From an uncultured Gammaproteobacteria bacterium (GTDB lineage: Bacteria; Pseudomonadota; Gammaproteobacteria; JAGOUU01), in NCBI GenBank assembly GCA_964609155.1, contig CAZSRF010000007.1, positions 839-64,838 of the forward strand: a stretch of DNA of 64,000 bases. The letters are read 5' to 3'. The position numbers and the translations under genes are program-made. Of the stretch, positions 29,546-40,563 are shown one piece after another. The notes beneath the pieces were generated by a model, which was not told the DNA's origin, did no database searches, and saw only the letters and a list, made by a program, of their open reading frames with translations. Position 1 is the stretch's first letter, and each line of letters starts with the position of its first letter.

Positions 29546-32110
29546 TTACTCTTGAATTCTCGCAACACTTACCAACTTTTCACCATTAGATAAGTTAATT
29601 AAACGAACACCTTGTGCTGTACGCCCTACTTCAGAAATCCCAGAAATTTCAGTTCTCACCAAAGTACCACCGTCACTAATTAACATAATTTCATCTTCAC
29701 TGGTAACTTTAATAGCACTAACTGTTTTACCATTTCTTACTGAAGTCGATATAGCAATAACACCTTGCCCACCACGATTATGAATTGGATACTGATCTAG
29801 TAATGTACGCTTACCAAAACCATTTTCTGTTGCCGTTAGAATAGTATTGTTATCTGATTTAGCAACAGTTATTAAGGCAATTAATTTTTGATCTTCTGCT
29901 AGTTTTATCCCTCGCACTCCACGCGCTGTTCTCCCCATGGCCCGAACCGCTGACTCAGCAAATCTTATAGCTTTTCCTGAATCTGAGAATAACATAATGT
30001 CATAGTTGCCATCTGTTAAACTTACGTCAATTAATTGATCATTATCGACTAATTCTAATGCTATAATACCGCTTGCTCTTGGACGAGAAAACTCATCTAA
30101 ACATGTTTTCTTAATCAGCCCTGACGACGTCGCCATGACAATATAATGTTCTGATCCGTTTTTTATATCTGCAGCTTTCAAGGGTAAAATAGCACTTATT
30201 TTTTCATCTTTTTCTAACGGCAAGAGATTTACAATAGGACGACCACGAGCAGTACGACTAGCTTGAGGTAACTGATAGACTTTTAACCAATAGACTTTAC
30301 CCTTACTTGAAAAACACAAAATAGTATCATGGGTATTTGCAACTAGCAGTTTATCTACAAAATCTTCATCACTCGTTGTGGTCGCTGTTTTCCCTCTACC
30401 GCCCCGCTTTTGAGTCTGATAAACATTTAAAGACTGATACTTAACATAACCTTTGTGTGATAACGTAACTACCACATCTTCCTGCTCAATTAAATCTTCA
30501 AGTACAATGTCATTTTGGCTATTTTGAATTTCTGTACATCTAGGATCGGCAAATTCATTTTTGACCTCGAGTAGTTCTTGATCAATAACAGCCATTAAAC
30601 GCTCAGGTTTATTTAAAATGTCTAAAAGATCTTTAATAAGCAATAAAAGATTCTCATACTCTTTGATTATTTTATCTTTCTCTAGACCGGTTAATCTGTG
30701 TAATCTTAAGTCTAAGATAGCTTGAGCTTGAACTGAAGATAACTTATATTGATTATTATTAATTAAACCAAAGTCTGCAGCTAAATCAGCTAATCTTGCA
30801 TTTTTTAAATCTTCCTTGCTTATATTAGCCAACAGTGATTCTAATGATCCTGCCTGCCAATTTTGATTCAGTAATCGCTCTTTAGCTTCCGCGGGAGATG
30901 CAGAGGTCTTAATTAAATTGATTATATCATCTATATTCGCTAACGCTACGGCCAGCCCCTCTAGTATATGGGCCCGTTCACGAGCTTTACGTAAATCATA
31001 AATACTTCGACGAGTAACGACTTCTCGGCGATGTCTTAAAAAAGCTTGTAATAACTGTTTTAAATTAAATAATTTTGGCTGTCCATCGATAAGAGCAACC
31101 ATATTAATGCCATAGACTGTCTGTAGCTGAGTATAAGAATACAATTTATTCAGGATGATTTCTGCCGAATCACCTTTTCTTACTTCTATGACAACCCTCA
31201 TCCCTTCTTTATTAGACTCATCACGCAGAGCGACAATACCTTCAATTTTCTTTTCTTTTACTAATTCCGCTATTTTTTCTACTAAACGAGCTTTATTAAC
31301 TTGAAATGGTAGCTCAGTTACTATTATAGTCTGTTTACCGCTACGTTCATTTTCTTCAATTTCAGTCCTTGCTCTTACATATATCCTACCGCGACCAGTT
31401 CTATAAGCAGAGACGATGCCTTCACAACCATTAATGATTCCAGCGGTAGGAAAATCTGGACCTTTAATATGGCTCATTAATTGTTCTAACGTGATATCAG
31501 GGTTGGCTAATAAAGCTCGACAGCCATCTATCACCTCACCCAAGTTATGCGTTGGAATATTAGTTGCCATCCCTACTGCAATTCCAGAAGAACCATTAAC
31601 TAATAAATTAGGAATTTTCGTTGGCAATACCGTAGGACAAAACTCTGTTTCGTCGTAATTAGGAGCAAAGTCGACAGTCTCTTTATCTAAATCAGCTAAT
31701 AAGCTATGAGAAAGCTTAGACATTCTTACTTCAGTGTAACGCATTGCTGCTGGAGGATCGCCATCGACAGAACCAAAGTTACCTTGCCCATCTACTAAAA
31801 GATAACGCATAGAAAAAGGCTGCGCCATACGAACAATAGTATCATACACTGCCGTATCACCATGCGGATGATATTTACCGATTACATCACCCACTACACG
31901 AGCAGATTTTTTATGAGGCTTATTCCAATCATTACCTAACTCCCGCATCGCAAACAACACCCGACGATGTACAGGCTTTAAACCATCGCGCACGTCTGGT
32001 AATGCCCGGCCTACAATTACGCTCATTGCATAGTCTAGATATGACTGTTTTAACTCGTCCTCTATATTAACTGGTATGATATTATTTGAACGTTGCGTAG
32101 TTTCTGACAT
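29546..32110 (-). CDS. gyrA: DNA gyrase subunit A
   Basis: Motifs [18 protein letters not shown] (active-site Tyr) and the [15 protein letters not shown], with C-terminal beta-pinwheel repeats. Confidence 0.98.
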   Translation of the reverse strand: MSETTQRSNNIIPVNIEDELKQSYLDYAMSVIVGRALPDVRDGLKPVHRRVLFAMRELGNDWNKPHKKSARVVGDVIGKYHPHGDTAVYDTIVRMAQPFSMRYLLVDGQGNFGSVDGDPPAAMRYTEVRMSKLSHSLLADLDKETVDFAPNYDETEFCPTVLPTKIPNLLVNGSSGIAVGMATNIPTHNLGEVIDGCRALLANPDITLEQLMSHIKGPDFPTAGIINGCEGIVSAYRTGRGRIYVRARTEIEENERSGKQTIIVTELPFQVNKARLVEKIAELVKEKKIEGIVALRDESNKEGMRVVIEVRKGDSAEIILNKLYSYTQLQTVYGINMVALIDGQPKLFNLKQLLQAFLRHRREVVTRRSIYDLRKARERAHILEGLAVALANIDDIINLIKTSASPAEAKERLLNQNWQAGSLESLLANISKEDLKNARLADLAADFGLINNNQYKLSSVQAQAILDLRLHRLTGLEKDKIIKEYENLLLLIKDLLDILNKPERLMAVIDQELLEVKNEFADPRCTEIQNSQNDIVLEDLIEQEDVVVTLSHKGYVKYQSLNVYQTQKRGGRGKTATTTSDEDFVDKLLVANTHDTILCFSSKGKVYWLKVYQLPQASRTARGRPIVNLLPLEKDEKISAILPLKAADIKNGSEHYIVMATSSGLIKKTCLDEFSRPRASGIIALELVDNDQLIDVSLTDGNYDIMLFSDSGKAIRFAESAVRAMGRTARGVRGIKLAEDQKLIALITVAKSDNNTILTATENGFGKRTLLDQYPIHNRGGQGVIAISTSVRNGKTVSAIKVTSEDEIMLISDGGTLVRTEISGISEVGRTAQGVRLINLSNGEKLVSVARIQE

Positions 32111-32215
32111 AAATTTATCCTATTTCAACATGCTATATATTAACATATTTAATGAATATTTTTTCAATAAAAGTTATGATGAGATTAATTAAATCTACTT
32201 ATATTAAACCAACAC

Positions 32216-33586
32216 ATGGAAAGTATTCAAAAAAGTATCAATAACAATAATCAGTTACAATATTTATCTGGTTTTAATAGTTATCATCAATCAGAAGCTG
32301 AGCCAGGTGCTCTGCCTAAAGAACAGAACTCTCCTCAAAAAGCTCCCTTAGGGCTTTATGCAGAGCAGCTTAGTGGAAGTGCCTTTACTACCCCCAGAGA
32401 ACAAACAAAGTTTAGTTGGTGTTATAGAACACTACCTTCAGTGACACATACACCATTTAAGAAAATACAACAAACCCAATGGCTAAGCCCCCCGTATAAC
32501 TTAAGTCTACAAACACCTAATCAATACCGCTGGTCACCTTTTGTCAATGCTGATCATATTCACAATCAAGCTAAAACAACCTTTTTCACCGGGATTAAGA
32601 CAGTTGCTGGTTTTGGTTCGGCTCAAAGTTTGCATGGCGCCAATGCTAATGTATTCTTTGCTAATCAATCCATGAGCGAAGAAAACATTTACTTTTCTAA
32701 TCATGATGCAGAAATGCTTATTGTTATGCAAAGTGGTAGTGCTTTATTTATCACAGAATTTGGCCAATTAGCTGTAGCATGTAATGCCGAAAAATCTGAA
32801 ATAATTGTTATTCCTAGGGGAATTAGATTTAAAGTCGATCTGATTTCAGACAGTATTTCAGGTTATATAGCTGAAAACTTTGGTAATCCTTTTAATTTAC
32901 CAGAACTAGGTCCTATTGGAGCCAATAGCCTTGCGAATCCTCGGCATTTTTTATACCCTCATGCAAGCTTTGAACATCCTCAAGCTCTCAAATCTCATCT
33001 TCCCGTTAAATGGCTTTGTAAATACCAAGGTTCTTTTTTTGCAGCAGAACTTCAAACATCGCCTTGTAACATAGTTGCATGGCATGGCAATTATGCGCCT
33101 TATAAATATAATCTCGATTTATTTAATACTATTAATACAGTAAGTTTTGATCATCCTGATCCTTCTATTTTTACTGTACTAACCTCTCCTACTGAAAGAC
33201 CAGGAGTTGCTAATCTAGATTTTGTTATTTTCCCTCCACGTTGGATGGTAGCAGAGAATACATTTAGACCACCTTATTTTCATCGTAATATTATGAGTGA
33301 ATTTATGGGGTTAATCAGAGGCGTGTATGATGCCAAACAGGGTGGATTCATACCTGGCAGCTACAGCATTCATAACCGCATGACGCCGCATGGTCCAGAT
33401 ACAGAGTCGTTGTTAAGTGCACAAAATGCAACACTCACTCCTGTAAAATTAATAAACACTCTAGCATTCATGTTCGAAAGTAATATGGCATGGGATATTA
33501 CTGAAGCTGAGTTAAATTCAAAACGTTTAGATCATGATTACTACAAGTGTTGGCAGAATATTCCACAACAAACCACGATCTCCTAA
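32216..33586 (+). CDS. hmgA: Homogentisate 1,2-dioxygenase
   Basis: Motifs YLSGFNSYHQSEAEPGALP, NSPQKAPLGLYAEQLSGSAFT, FRPPYFHRN and MSEFMGLI. Confidence 0.93.
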   Translation: MESIQKSINNNNQLQYLSGFNSYHQSEAEPGALPKEQNSPQKAPLGLYAEQLSGSAFTTPREQTKFSWCYRTLPSVTHTPFKKIQQTQWLSPPYNLSLQTPNQYRWSPFVNADHIHNQAKTTFFTGIKTVAGFGSAQSLHGANANVFFANQSMSEENIYFSNHDAEMLIVMQSGSALFITEFGQLAVACNAEKSEIIVIPRGIRFKVDLISDSISGYIAENFGNPFNLPELGPIGANSLANPRHFLYPHASFEHPQALKSHLPVKWLCKYQGSFFAAELQTSPCNIVAWHGNYAPYKYNLDLFNTINTVSFDHPDPSIFTVLTSPTERPGVANLDFVIFPPRWMVAENTFRPPYFHRNIMSEFMGLIRGVYDAKQGGFIPGSYSIHNRMTPHGPDTESLLSAQNATLTPVKLINTLAFMFESNMAWDITEAELNSKRLDHDYYKCWQNIPQQTTIS

Positions 33587-34088
33587 ACACGATGCCTTTA
33601 CTATTATAGAATTATTAGTAGTCGTATCTTTGATCTCTGTAATTACTATAACCTCTTTAAAAATTATAGAGAGGTATGTTTATTATTATAAAACACAAAT
33701 CACTCTTACTAAAATAAAAGCTCTAATTATACAGGCTCGCACCACTGCTCTTATAACGAATAAATCTATTAGCATCTGTGCTTATAACAAAACACTTAAA
33801 TACTGTGATGTTGACTGGCATCATCCTATTATAATTTTTTATCACACCGAAAATAAAGAAACATTCTCTCAAAGCCAAATTATACTTTTTGAACAACTCA
33901 ATCTATCACCTATTGAGACAATTAGTTTTGCTCAGTTTAAAAAAAATCACATCCTGACTTTCAACCAATACGGCGATTTGCCGCAAAATGGCAGTATTAT
34001 TTATACTAATAATTACAACAAGGCCATCCTTAACATTAATAAGCAAGGGCTAATTAAAGATAAGTTAGAGACTCTTCCTAACTTTTAA
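33534..34088 (+). CDS. FimT/GspH-family type IV minor pilin (paralogue 1)
   Basis: Class III signal-like FTIIELLVVVSLI with E5, and a GspH-like core (LIIQARTTALITNKSISICA). The only start is ATG 33534, which overlaps the hmgA 3' end by 53 nt. Residue -1 is Ala. Confidence 0.65.
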   Translation: MITTSVGRIFHNKPRSPKHDAFTIIELLVVVSLISVITITSLKIIERYVYYYKTQITLTKIKALIIQARTTALITNKSISICAYNKTLKYCDVDWHHPIIIFYHTENKETFSQSQIILFEQLNLSPIETISFAQFKKNHILTFNQYGDLPQNGSIIYTNNYNKAILNINKQGLIKDKLETLPNF

Positions 34089-34208
34089 TGACCTTTCTTT
34101 ATTCATTAGTCTTCACAGAATTACTAGACAAACCAACTTAATACACTTTAATGTATACTATAATTAACAACGAGAAGTAATTAGGACTTACACAGAATGA
34201 TCCTAGGT

Positions 34209-34285
34209 TGTCATCTAGGTCAAACGCTAAGTGTGCAGAACTGAGATCTGTTTTGCAAGACACCGGCTCTTCGGCCGGTATGACA
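34209..34285. repeat. Copy of the MITE-like palindromic repeat family, between the two fimT-like genes
   Basis: ttgtcatctaggtcaa...gtgcagaactgagatct matches the left half of the 21.7-kb element. It ends in cggccggtatgaca, as at 20603-20616. Confidence 0.6.
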
Positions 34286-34415
34286 GGTTTTTTGCGTAAG
34301 CCCTGGTAATGTTAGTTTTGTACCCAGTGCAAAACAGGATTGTGCCATAAATTTTTTTTATGTCCTGTAACATTTGTAACCATAAAAACAAATATAAAAT
34401 AGAGTTAATCAAGAG

Positions 34416-34970
34416 GTGTGCATTGTGTCTCAGTTTAAAAATTTTATTATCGCTGCATTTTCATTAATAGAAACTGTAATCATTGTTGCAATTGTAGGGA
34501 TTGTTGCAATATTGGTCGTGCCTAATATGAATACCTTACTTAACCAAAATCAAGCTACCCAACAATCACATGACTTTGTTACAGCAATACAATTAGCCTC
34601 AAGCCAAGCTGAAAACAGTGGGACCAAGGTTTCAATATGCGCAAAAAAATCTACTACAGAAGAATGCGTTAGTTACACGGCTTCTCCAGATAAAACAATT
34701 TGGAGCAATGGTTGGTTAATTTTTATTGATAACAATGATAATGCTATTTATGACTCCGGAGATACTCTAGTCAAAGTACAAGCAAACTCAACTAATCAAG
34801 TTTCTATCACCGCGCCAAGCTCAACTGTAACAATTACAGACGGAGGTATTGTCACCAGAGGTTCGGGAAATTTTGACTTTACCCCTGTTGCTTGTAAAGT
34901 TAATGGCACACATCGAGTCAAGCTTACAACTAACGGAAATATTACCGTGGAAGGTGTTGCGTGCAGCTAA
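34416..34970 (+). CDS. fimT: FimT/FimU (GspH-domain) type IV minor pilin (paralogue 2)
   Basis: AAFSLIETVIIVAIVGI prepilin-type N-terminus, then GspH-like TAIQLASSQAENSGTKVSICA and WSNGWLIF. GTG starts at 34416 or 34425, after AAGAGG. Confidence 0.8.
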   Translation: MCIVSQFKNFIIAAFSLIETVIIVAIVGIVAILVVPNMNTLLNQNQATQQSHDFVTAIQLASSQAENSGTKVSICAKKSTTEECVSYTASPDKTIWSNGWLIFIDNNDNAIYDSGDTLVKVQANSTNQVSITAPSSTVTITDGGIVTRGSGNFDFTPVACKVNGTHRVKLTTNGNITVEGVACS

Positions 34971-34975
34971 AATAT

Positions 34976-35434
34976 ATGAAACCCCGAGGTATTGGGCTTC
35001 TAGAAACATTGAGTACGGTCCTGATTGTTACCTTTGGCCTAGTAGGCCTAGCAAATCTTCAAACAAAAAATATAGCTTATGTAAATAATAGTTACAGCCT
35101 ATTAAAATCTTCTTTCTATGCTGATGAATTAATGCAAAAAATTACAAATAACCTCACTCTTGCTAAATCAGATCCATCCCCTTATGTGCTGGCCAGCTTT
35201 ACAGATACCCCATCGGTTCAAGCCACCAGTGCCTGTATTACCACTGATTGCACTCCGGATCAATTAGCTGTTTTTGATATGTCGACTTGGCTTTTTAAAG
35301 TTAAAAATGGGCTACCTAATGGCAAAGCTAGAGTTACAAAAGACACTAGTGGTAGCTCTGTACTGTATACCATTGAAATACAATGGCAATATAAAACAGA
35401 TACAAAAAATTATAAATTTGTGGGGCAGTTATGA
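34976..35434 (+). CDS. pilV: Type IV minor pilin PilV
   Basis: MKPRGIGLLETLSTVLIV N-terminus and the position after fimT. The track ORF begins at GTG 34961, and I prefer ATG 34976. Confidence 0.75.
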   Translation: MKPRGIGLLETLSTVLIVTFGLVGLANLQTKNIAYVNNSYSLLKSSFYADELMQKITNNLTLAKSDPSPYVLASFTDTPSVQATSACITTDCTPDQLAVFDMSTWLFKVKNGLPNGKARVTKDTSGSSVLYTIEIQWQYKTDTKNYKFVGQL

Positions 35435-36450
35435 TACGTAAAATAAAAGGTCTAACGCTCACCGAATTAATGGTTGATCTGGTATTATCCTCTATGGTGA
35501 TAAGCGCTGTTTTAGGTTTATATATTAATTATAAGCGTAGCTTTAACTACCAATCAGATATGATATTTATGTACCAAAATGCACAAAATGTCTACGATTA
35601 CTTAAATAATGATGTACAATTAGCTGGTTTCTATGGCTGTGATTCTGATCCAAGCTCTATTCAATACGCACTAACTGCTAGCTATGACTACAATTTATCA
35701 AATATTGTTACAGGTAACGAAGCCACAGGAACTGGTATCAATACAACCTATTCACTTGCATCACCAGCATCCGGTTGGTCGCCAACTTTGCAAGGGCAGG
35801 TTGCAACAGTTACCCCAAACGCAGGCTCAGATATTGTAACTATAAGATTTGTTGATACCAATACAGTAGGTGTCCTTTCTGCAGATACAACCGGACTCAC
35901 TATTGCAAGCACTGGCATTCAAAATAATGTTGCAGTAGGTGATATATTATTAATTTCAGATTGTAGACGCACTGTTGTATTTCAAGTAGCTACTGTTAGC
36001 ACTAATCAAATAACTCCAACTGCTTCCATTGGTAGTTTAAACTCTGGAGCTGAAATTTATCCTATTAATATTAATAGCTACTATGTTAGAACAGTCAATA
36101 ATATCTCCAGCTTATATAGATTACATAATGGAATCGAGGAAATGCTAGTACCTTATGTAGAAAATCTCCAATTGCTATATGGCCAAGATACTAACTCTGA
36201 TGGGGTAATCAATAGAATTAATACGGCAAGCACAATCAGTGCCAATCCAATTAACAGCATACTGGTAAGCGTATTAATGCGTTCCATTGACAAGCAAATG
36301 CAAACACCTGTTTCTGTAACTAGCTATTCAATAATGGCTGCCCCGACAGCAATACAAATGACAAGCACAATTAATGTAACCAATGATAAATACCAGCGAA
36401 AAGTTTTTGATTATAACTTAGACTTTCCTAACATAGGAGGTAACGTATGA
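35431..36450 (+). CDS. pilW: Type IV minor pilin PilW
   Basis: KGLTLTELMVDLVLS prepilin N-terminus, ~340 aa, ATGA overlaps on both sides. Confidence 0.8.
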   Translation: MIRKIKGLTLTELMVDLVLSSMVISAVLGLYINYKRSFNYQSDMIFMYQNAQNVYDYLNNDVQLAGFYGCDSDPSSIQYALTASYDYNLSNIVTGNEATGTGINTTYSLASPASGWSPTLQGQVATVTPNAGSDIVTIRFVDTNTVGVLSADTTGLTIASTGIQNNVAVGDILLISDCRRTVVFQVATVSTNQITPTASIGSLNSGAEIYPININSYYVRTVNNISSLYRLHNGIEEMLVPYVENLQLLYGQDTNSDGVINRINTASTISANPINSILVSVLMRSIDKQMQTPVSVTSYSIMAAPTAIQMTSTINVTNDKYQRKVFDYNLDFPNIGGNV

Positions 36451-36983
36451 GGCACTTAAAATCGTCACAAAGATCTAAAGGCATGGCTTTACTTATTAGT
36501 GGGGTAGTACTACTAGTGGTGTTAATGCTTACTATGACAAGTATCAAAAACACACAGTCTAACCAACAAATTGCCACAAACTTTCAAAGTAAAATTGAAG
36601 GACAAGCCGCTGCTCAAGCGGCAGTAAATGAAGCAAAAACATTTTTATCTTCACAAAAACCTAACACTGTTTTATTTACAAGCAATTGCCAAAATGGTTT
36701 ATGTACAGATCAAAAAACTGGCTCCATATGGAACAGTGCATCAGCTTGGACTAACCCAGTGCAGTTACAAAGCAATCTGCAAAGCAAAACTAATATTTTA
36801 AGCAATCCTAAATATATAATAGAATATGTAGGCGATAAAACATCGCAAGACTCTTTATCTGTTGGGAGCGGTGATTATGGCAATAACAAAGACGTTTCTA
36901 CTAAGCCTGTCTATAGAATCACAGGTAAAGCGCAGGGGCAAAAAGGTACAAAACAAACTATCATTCAATCAACAGTATATTAA
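36447..36983 (+). CDS. pilX: Type IV minor pilin PilX
   Basis: PilX_N-type N-terminus (SKGMALLISGVVLLVVLML) and its position in the operon. Confidence 0.7.
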   Translation: MRHLKSSQRSKGMALLISGVVLLVVLMLTMTSIKNTQSNQQIATNFQSKIEGQAAAQAAVNEAKTFLSSQKPNTVLFTSNCQNGLCTDQKTGSIWNSASAWTNPVQLQSNLQSKTNILSNPKYIIEYVGDKTSQDSLSVGSGDYGNNKDVSTKPVYRITGKAQGQKGTKQTIIQSTVY

Positions 36984-37001
36984 CAATTATCAATATAAGT
37001 T

Positions 37002-37400
37002 ATGAAAAATTATAGATACAGCAATATCAATGGATTTAGTCTTATCGAGATGCTGATTGTCATTGTGATTATAAGCATATTAGTGGGTATAGCATTTCCA
37101 ACTTATACTAAGCAAATTCAATCCTCAAAAAGAACAGAAGGTCGTAATAGCTTATTAGATTATGCCATGAAGTTTGAAGAATATTATGGAACAAACTTCA
37201 CCTATACTGGCGCTGACACCTATTACGGTTTAAATGCTACGCCCGTAACAGATAATGGCCTATACAAAATCTCTGCAGCAGTAACTACAAACACTTACAC
37301 TCTAACAGCAACAGCACAAGGTGCGCAAACCAAAGATACGACCTGCCCCACCTTAACTTTAACTCAAACAGGAAGCAAAGCACCTAGCGCCTGCTGGTAA
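37002..37400 (+). CDS. pilE: Type IV pilin PilE-like
   Basis: NGFSLIEMLIVIVIISILVGIAFPTY canonical G/FSLIE site, with a C-terminal Cys...Cys loop (TTCPTLTLTQTGSKAPSAC). Confidence 0.85.
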   Translation: MKNYRYSNINGFSLIEMLIVIVIISILVGIAFPTYTKQIQSSKRTEGRNSLLDYAMKFEEYYGTNFTYTGADTYYGLNATPVTDNGLYKISAAVTTNTYTLTATAQGAQTKDTTCPTLTLTQTGSKAPSACW

Positions 37401-37441
37401 CTAACCTTTACAGCTAAGCAGGTGCAAAAGCTGTTATCTAG

Positions 37442-40045
37442 TTAATTTTTATTAAAAATAATCTCACCTTCTTTATTTAAATTCACTTTTATATTATCCT
37501 TTGGCATGAATTTCCCAGCTAATATCTCTTGCGCCAAAGGATTCTCTATATAAGACTGAATAGCTCTCTTTAAAGGTCGTGCACCGTAGACTGGATCAAA
37601 ACCTGATTCAGACAGCTTCTCTAATGCTTCATTAGATAAATCTAATGTAATCTCTCTCTGTGCCAAACGTTTACGTAAATACTCCAATTGAATTAAAGCA
37701 ATCTGTTTAATATTATTTTTATCCAATGGATGAAACACTACTGTCTCATCAATACGGTTAATAAACTCAGGCCTAAAACTTTGAGCAACAATTTCTAGCA
37801 CCTGTTGTTTTAATTGATTATAGTCTAATCGATGTGCCGATTCTTGAATAATATGAGAACCCAAATTTGAGGTCATAACAATTACAGTATTTTTAAAATC
37901 AACTGTCACTCCCTGCCCGGTAGTTAATCTACCATCATCCAATACTTGAAGCAGCACATTAAAAACATCATTATGTGCTTTTTCAATTTCATCAAATAAA
38001 ATAACAGAATAAGGTTTTCTACGCACCGCTTCGGTTAATTGTCCACCTTCTTCATAACCAACATATCCAGGAGGAGCACCAATAAGTCTTGCTACAGAGT
38101 GTTTTTCCATATATTCAGACATATCAAGTCTAATCATAGCGCTTTGTGTATCAAATAAGAAACTAGCTAAAGCTTTACAAAGCTCTGTTTTTCCAACACC
38201 TGTAGGACCTAAAAATAAAAAAGAGCCTATTGGCCTATTAGGATCAGATAACCCAGCACGAGAACGCCTGATAGCATTAGCAACTGCATTGACAGCTTCA
38301 TCTTGACCAATAACTTGTTTATGTAACTCGTCTTCCATTTTTAATAGTTTTTCTCGCTCTGACTCTAGCATTTTAGACACGGGGATACCCGTCCAGCGAG
38401 ATACAACATGCGCTATTTCATCAGTAGTTACTTTATTACGGATAAGCTTGTGATTATCTGCACCTGTATCAGCAGCCTGAACAGACGCAGCAGCTTGTAA
38501 TTGTTTCTCTAGCTCAGGAATCTTACCATACTGCAATTCTGACATACGAGCAAGATCACCTGCACGTCTGGCTGATTCTAACTCTATACGTGTTCTATCT
38601 AGCTCTTCTTTAATATGCTGAGTTCCCTGTAAACTAGCTTTTTCAGCTTGCCAGATCTCATTAAAGTTTGCGTATTCTGCTTCTAACTTATTTATCTCAG
38701 CTTCAAGTAGACTTAATCTTTTTTTAGAAGCTTCATCGGATTCTCTTCTCAAAGCCTCACGTTCAATTTTATATTGAATTAACCTACGCTCAAGTTTATC
38801 CATTACTTCTGGCTTAGAGTCTATTTCAATTCTTATTTGGCTAGCCGCTTCATCTATTAAATCAATCGCTTTATCTGGCAACTGCCTACCACTGATATAT
38901 CTATGCGATAAAACAGCTGCAGAAACCAATGCCGGATCGGTTATTTCAACACCATGATGCAATTCATAACGCTCATAAAGACCTCGTAAAATAGCAATTG
39001 TATCCTCCACTGAAGGTTCATTTACTAAAACTTTTTGAAATCTTCTTTCAAGTGCTGCATCTTTTTCTATATATTTTCTATACTCATCTAAAGTAGTTGC
39101 ACCCACACAATGTAATTCTCCACGCGCTAAAGCGGGTTTTAACATATTACCAGCATCCATAGCCCCTTCAGCCTTACCAGCGCCAACCATCGTATGAATC
39201 TCATCGATAAATAATATAATTTGACCTTCTTGTTTTGCTAAGTCATTCAATAAAGCTTTTAAACGCTCTTCAAATTCTCCTCTAAACTTTGCACCCGCGA
39301 TTAGAGCTCCCATGTCCAATGATAATAATCTTTTACCTCTTAGGCCCTCGGGTACTTCATTGTTTACTATTCTTTGCGCAAGACCTTCCGCAATAGCTGT
39401 TTTACCTACCCCAGGCTCTCCAATCAATACTGGGTTATTTTTAGTACGTCGTTGTAATACCTGAATAGTACGTCTAATTTCATCATCACGACCTATCACC
39501 GGATCTAGTTTTCCCTGCTCAGCTCGCTCGGTCAAATCAATAGTATATTTACTCAAAGCCTGTCTATTATCTTCTGCATTTTGATCATCTACTTGCTGAC
39601 CACCTCTAATTTTATCAATAGCAGCTTCTAATTTAGTTTTATCACAACCACTTTTTTGTAAAATCTTTGTCAATTCACTTTGACGATTGTTATTTTCTAA
39701 TGCAGCTAACACAAATAATTCACTAGAAATAAACGCATCTTTGCGTTTTTGAGCTAAACGATCAGTCAAATTAAGTAAGTTATTAAGCTCTTGCGATACA
39801 GTTATATCTCCCGTTGCATTACCCAATTGAGGTAATTTATCTATAGCTTCATCTAGTAACGTTCTTAAATTTGGAATGGAAACCCCAGCACTTACTAATA
39901 GTGGTCTGATAGTCCCTCCCTGTTGGTCTAATAACGCTTTCATAAGATGAAGCGAGTCGATAGATGGATGATCTCGACCCACAGCTAAAGATTGTGCATC
40001 TGCAATAGCTTGTTGAAACTTATTAGTAAGTTTGTCTAATCTCAT
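37442..40045 (-). CDS. clpB: ATP-dependent chaperone ClpB
   Basis: Two AAA+ modules ([16 protein letters not shown]), the long middle coiled coil and a Clp N domain. Confidence 0.98.
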   Translation of the reverse strand: MRLDKLTNKFQQAIADAQSLAVGRDHPSIDSLHLMKALLDQQGGTIRPLLVSAGVSIPNLRTLLDEAIDKLPQLGNATGDITVSQELNNLLNLTDRLAQKRKDAFISSELFVLAALENNNRQSELTKILQKSGCDKTKLEAAIDKIRGGQQVDDQNAEDNRQALSKYTIDLTERAEQGKLDPVIGRDDEIRRTIQVLQRRTKNNPVLIGEPGVGKTAIAEGLAQRIVNNEVPEGLRGKRLLSLDMGALIAGAKFRGEFEERLKALLNDLAKQEGQIILFIDEIHTMVGAGKAEGAMDAGNMLKPALARGELHCVGATTLDEYRKYIEKDAALERRFQKVLVNEPSVEDTIAILRGLYERYELHHGVEITDPALVSAAVLSHRYISGRQLPDKAIDLIDEAASQIRIEIDSKPEVMDKLERRLIQYKIEREALRRESDEASKKRLSLLEAEINKLEAEYANFNEIWQAEKASLQGTQHIKEELDRTRIELESARRAGDLARMSELQYGKIPELEKQLQAAASVQAADTGADNHKLIRNKVTTDEIAHVVSRWTGIPVSKMLESEREKLLKMEDELHKQVIGQDEAVNAVANAIRRSRAGLSDPNRPIGSFLFLGPTGVGKTELCKALASFLFDTQSAMIRLDMSEYMEKHSVARLIGAPPGYVGYEEGGQLTEAVRRKPYSVILFDEIEKAHNDVFNVLLQVLDDGRLTTGQGVTVDFKNTVIVMTSNLGSHIIQESAHRLDYNQLKQQVLEIVAQSFRPEFINRIDETVVFHPLDKNNIKQIALIQLEYLRKRLAQREITLDLSNEALEKLSESGFDPVYGARPLKRAIQSYIENPLAQEILAGKFMPKDNIKVNLNKEGEIIFNKN

Positions 40046-40170
40046 ATATTGCCCTTATTAAATATCTTCTTAATCTTAGATATAATTTAATATAGGGGCG
40101 AGTTAGTAAATTTCAATACAAGTCTTAGATAAAAGCTTTAAGTCTTTTTAATATACTTTACTATATTTTA

Positions 40171-40503
40171 TTATATTTTGTAGACTCTGCGAGTTATCGT
40201 TAAGTAATCTCCGTATCGATCAAGAGTAAGCTGTCGCATTTTCTGCGCATGATTTACAAAGTAATCATCTAAATATTCTTGTGAGCTAATTTCATATTGT
40301 ACTAACAAGTAGCTATGAGACAGTTTTTTATTATTACCTGTGGTGTTACAACTATCAGTATAGATATCAGTAATATCTAAGAATATTTTTGCCGTTAAAA
40401 ACCCTTCAAAATTTAGCATATCCTTGATGTGATCTTGTAACCATATTTTGTACTCTTCAAATATCACATTGGATACTTGTATATTAACTTCATAAATTAG
40501 CAT
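40171..40503 (-). CDS. DUF4286-like small protein
   Basis: MLIYEVNIQV...EEYKIWLQDHI...GF pattern resembles the DUF4286 N-terminus as I recall it. Confidence 0.5.
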   Translation of the reverse strand: MLIYEVNIQVSNVIFEEYKIWLQDHIKDMLNFEGFLTAKIFLDITDIYTDSCNTTGNNKKLSHSYLLVQYEISSQEYLDDYFVNHAQKMRQLTLDRYGDYLTITRRVYKI

Positions 40504-40563
40504 TGTAAATTCTTAATATTACATTATAATCGCTGCTAATATACTATATAAATATATATTATT

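Noticed and set aside
26418-32731. Antisense ORFs within sodC, rpsA, cmk, gyrA and hmgA (26418-26654, 27853-28083, 29215-29433, 31416-31658, 32534-32731)
   Set aside because: All are embedded in highly conserved housekeeping genes on the other strand and are typical shadow ORFs.
34227-34412. 61-aa minus-strand ORF between the two fimT-like genes
   Set aside because: It overlaps the MITE-like repeat and AT-rich promoter DNA, has no RBS or motif, and the region is better explained as repeat plus the fimT 5' region.
34821-35088. ORFs 34821-35009 (-) and 34849-35088 (+) across the fimT/pilV junction
   Set aside because: These are alternative frames of DNA already explained by fimT and pilV, which have clear prepilin N-termini.
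37401-37441. Bidirectional terminator between pilE and clpB
   Set aside because: There is only a 6-bp stem (acagct/agctgt) with a 13-nt loop and no T-tract, which is too weak to call.
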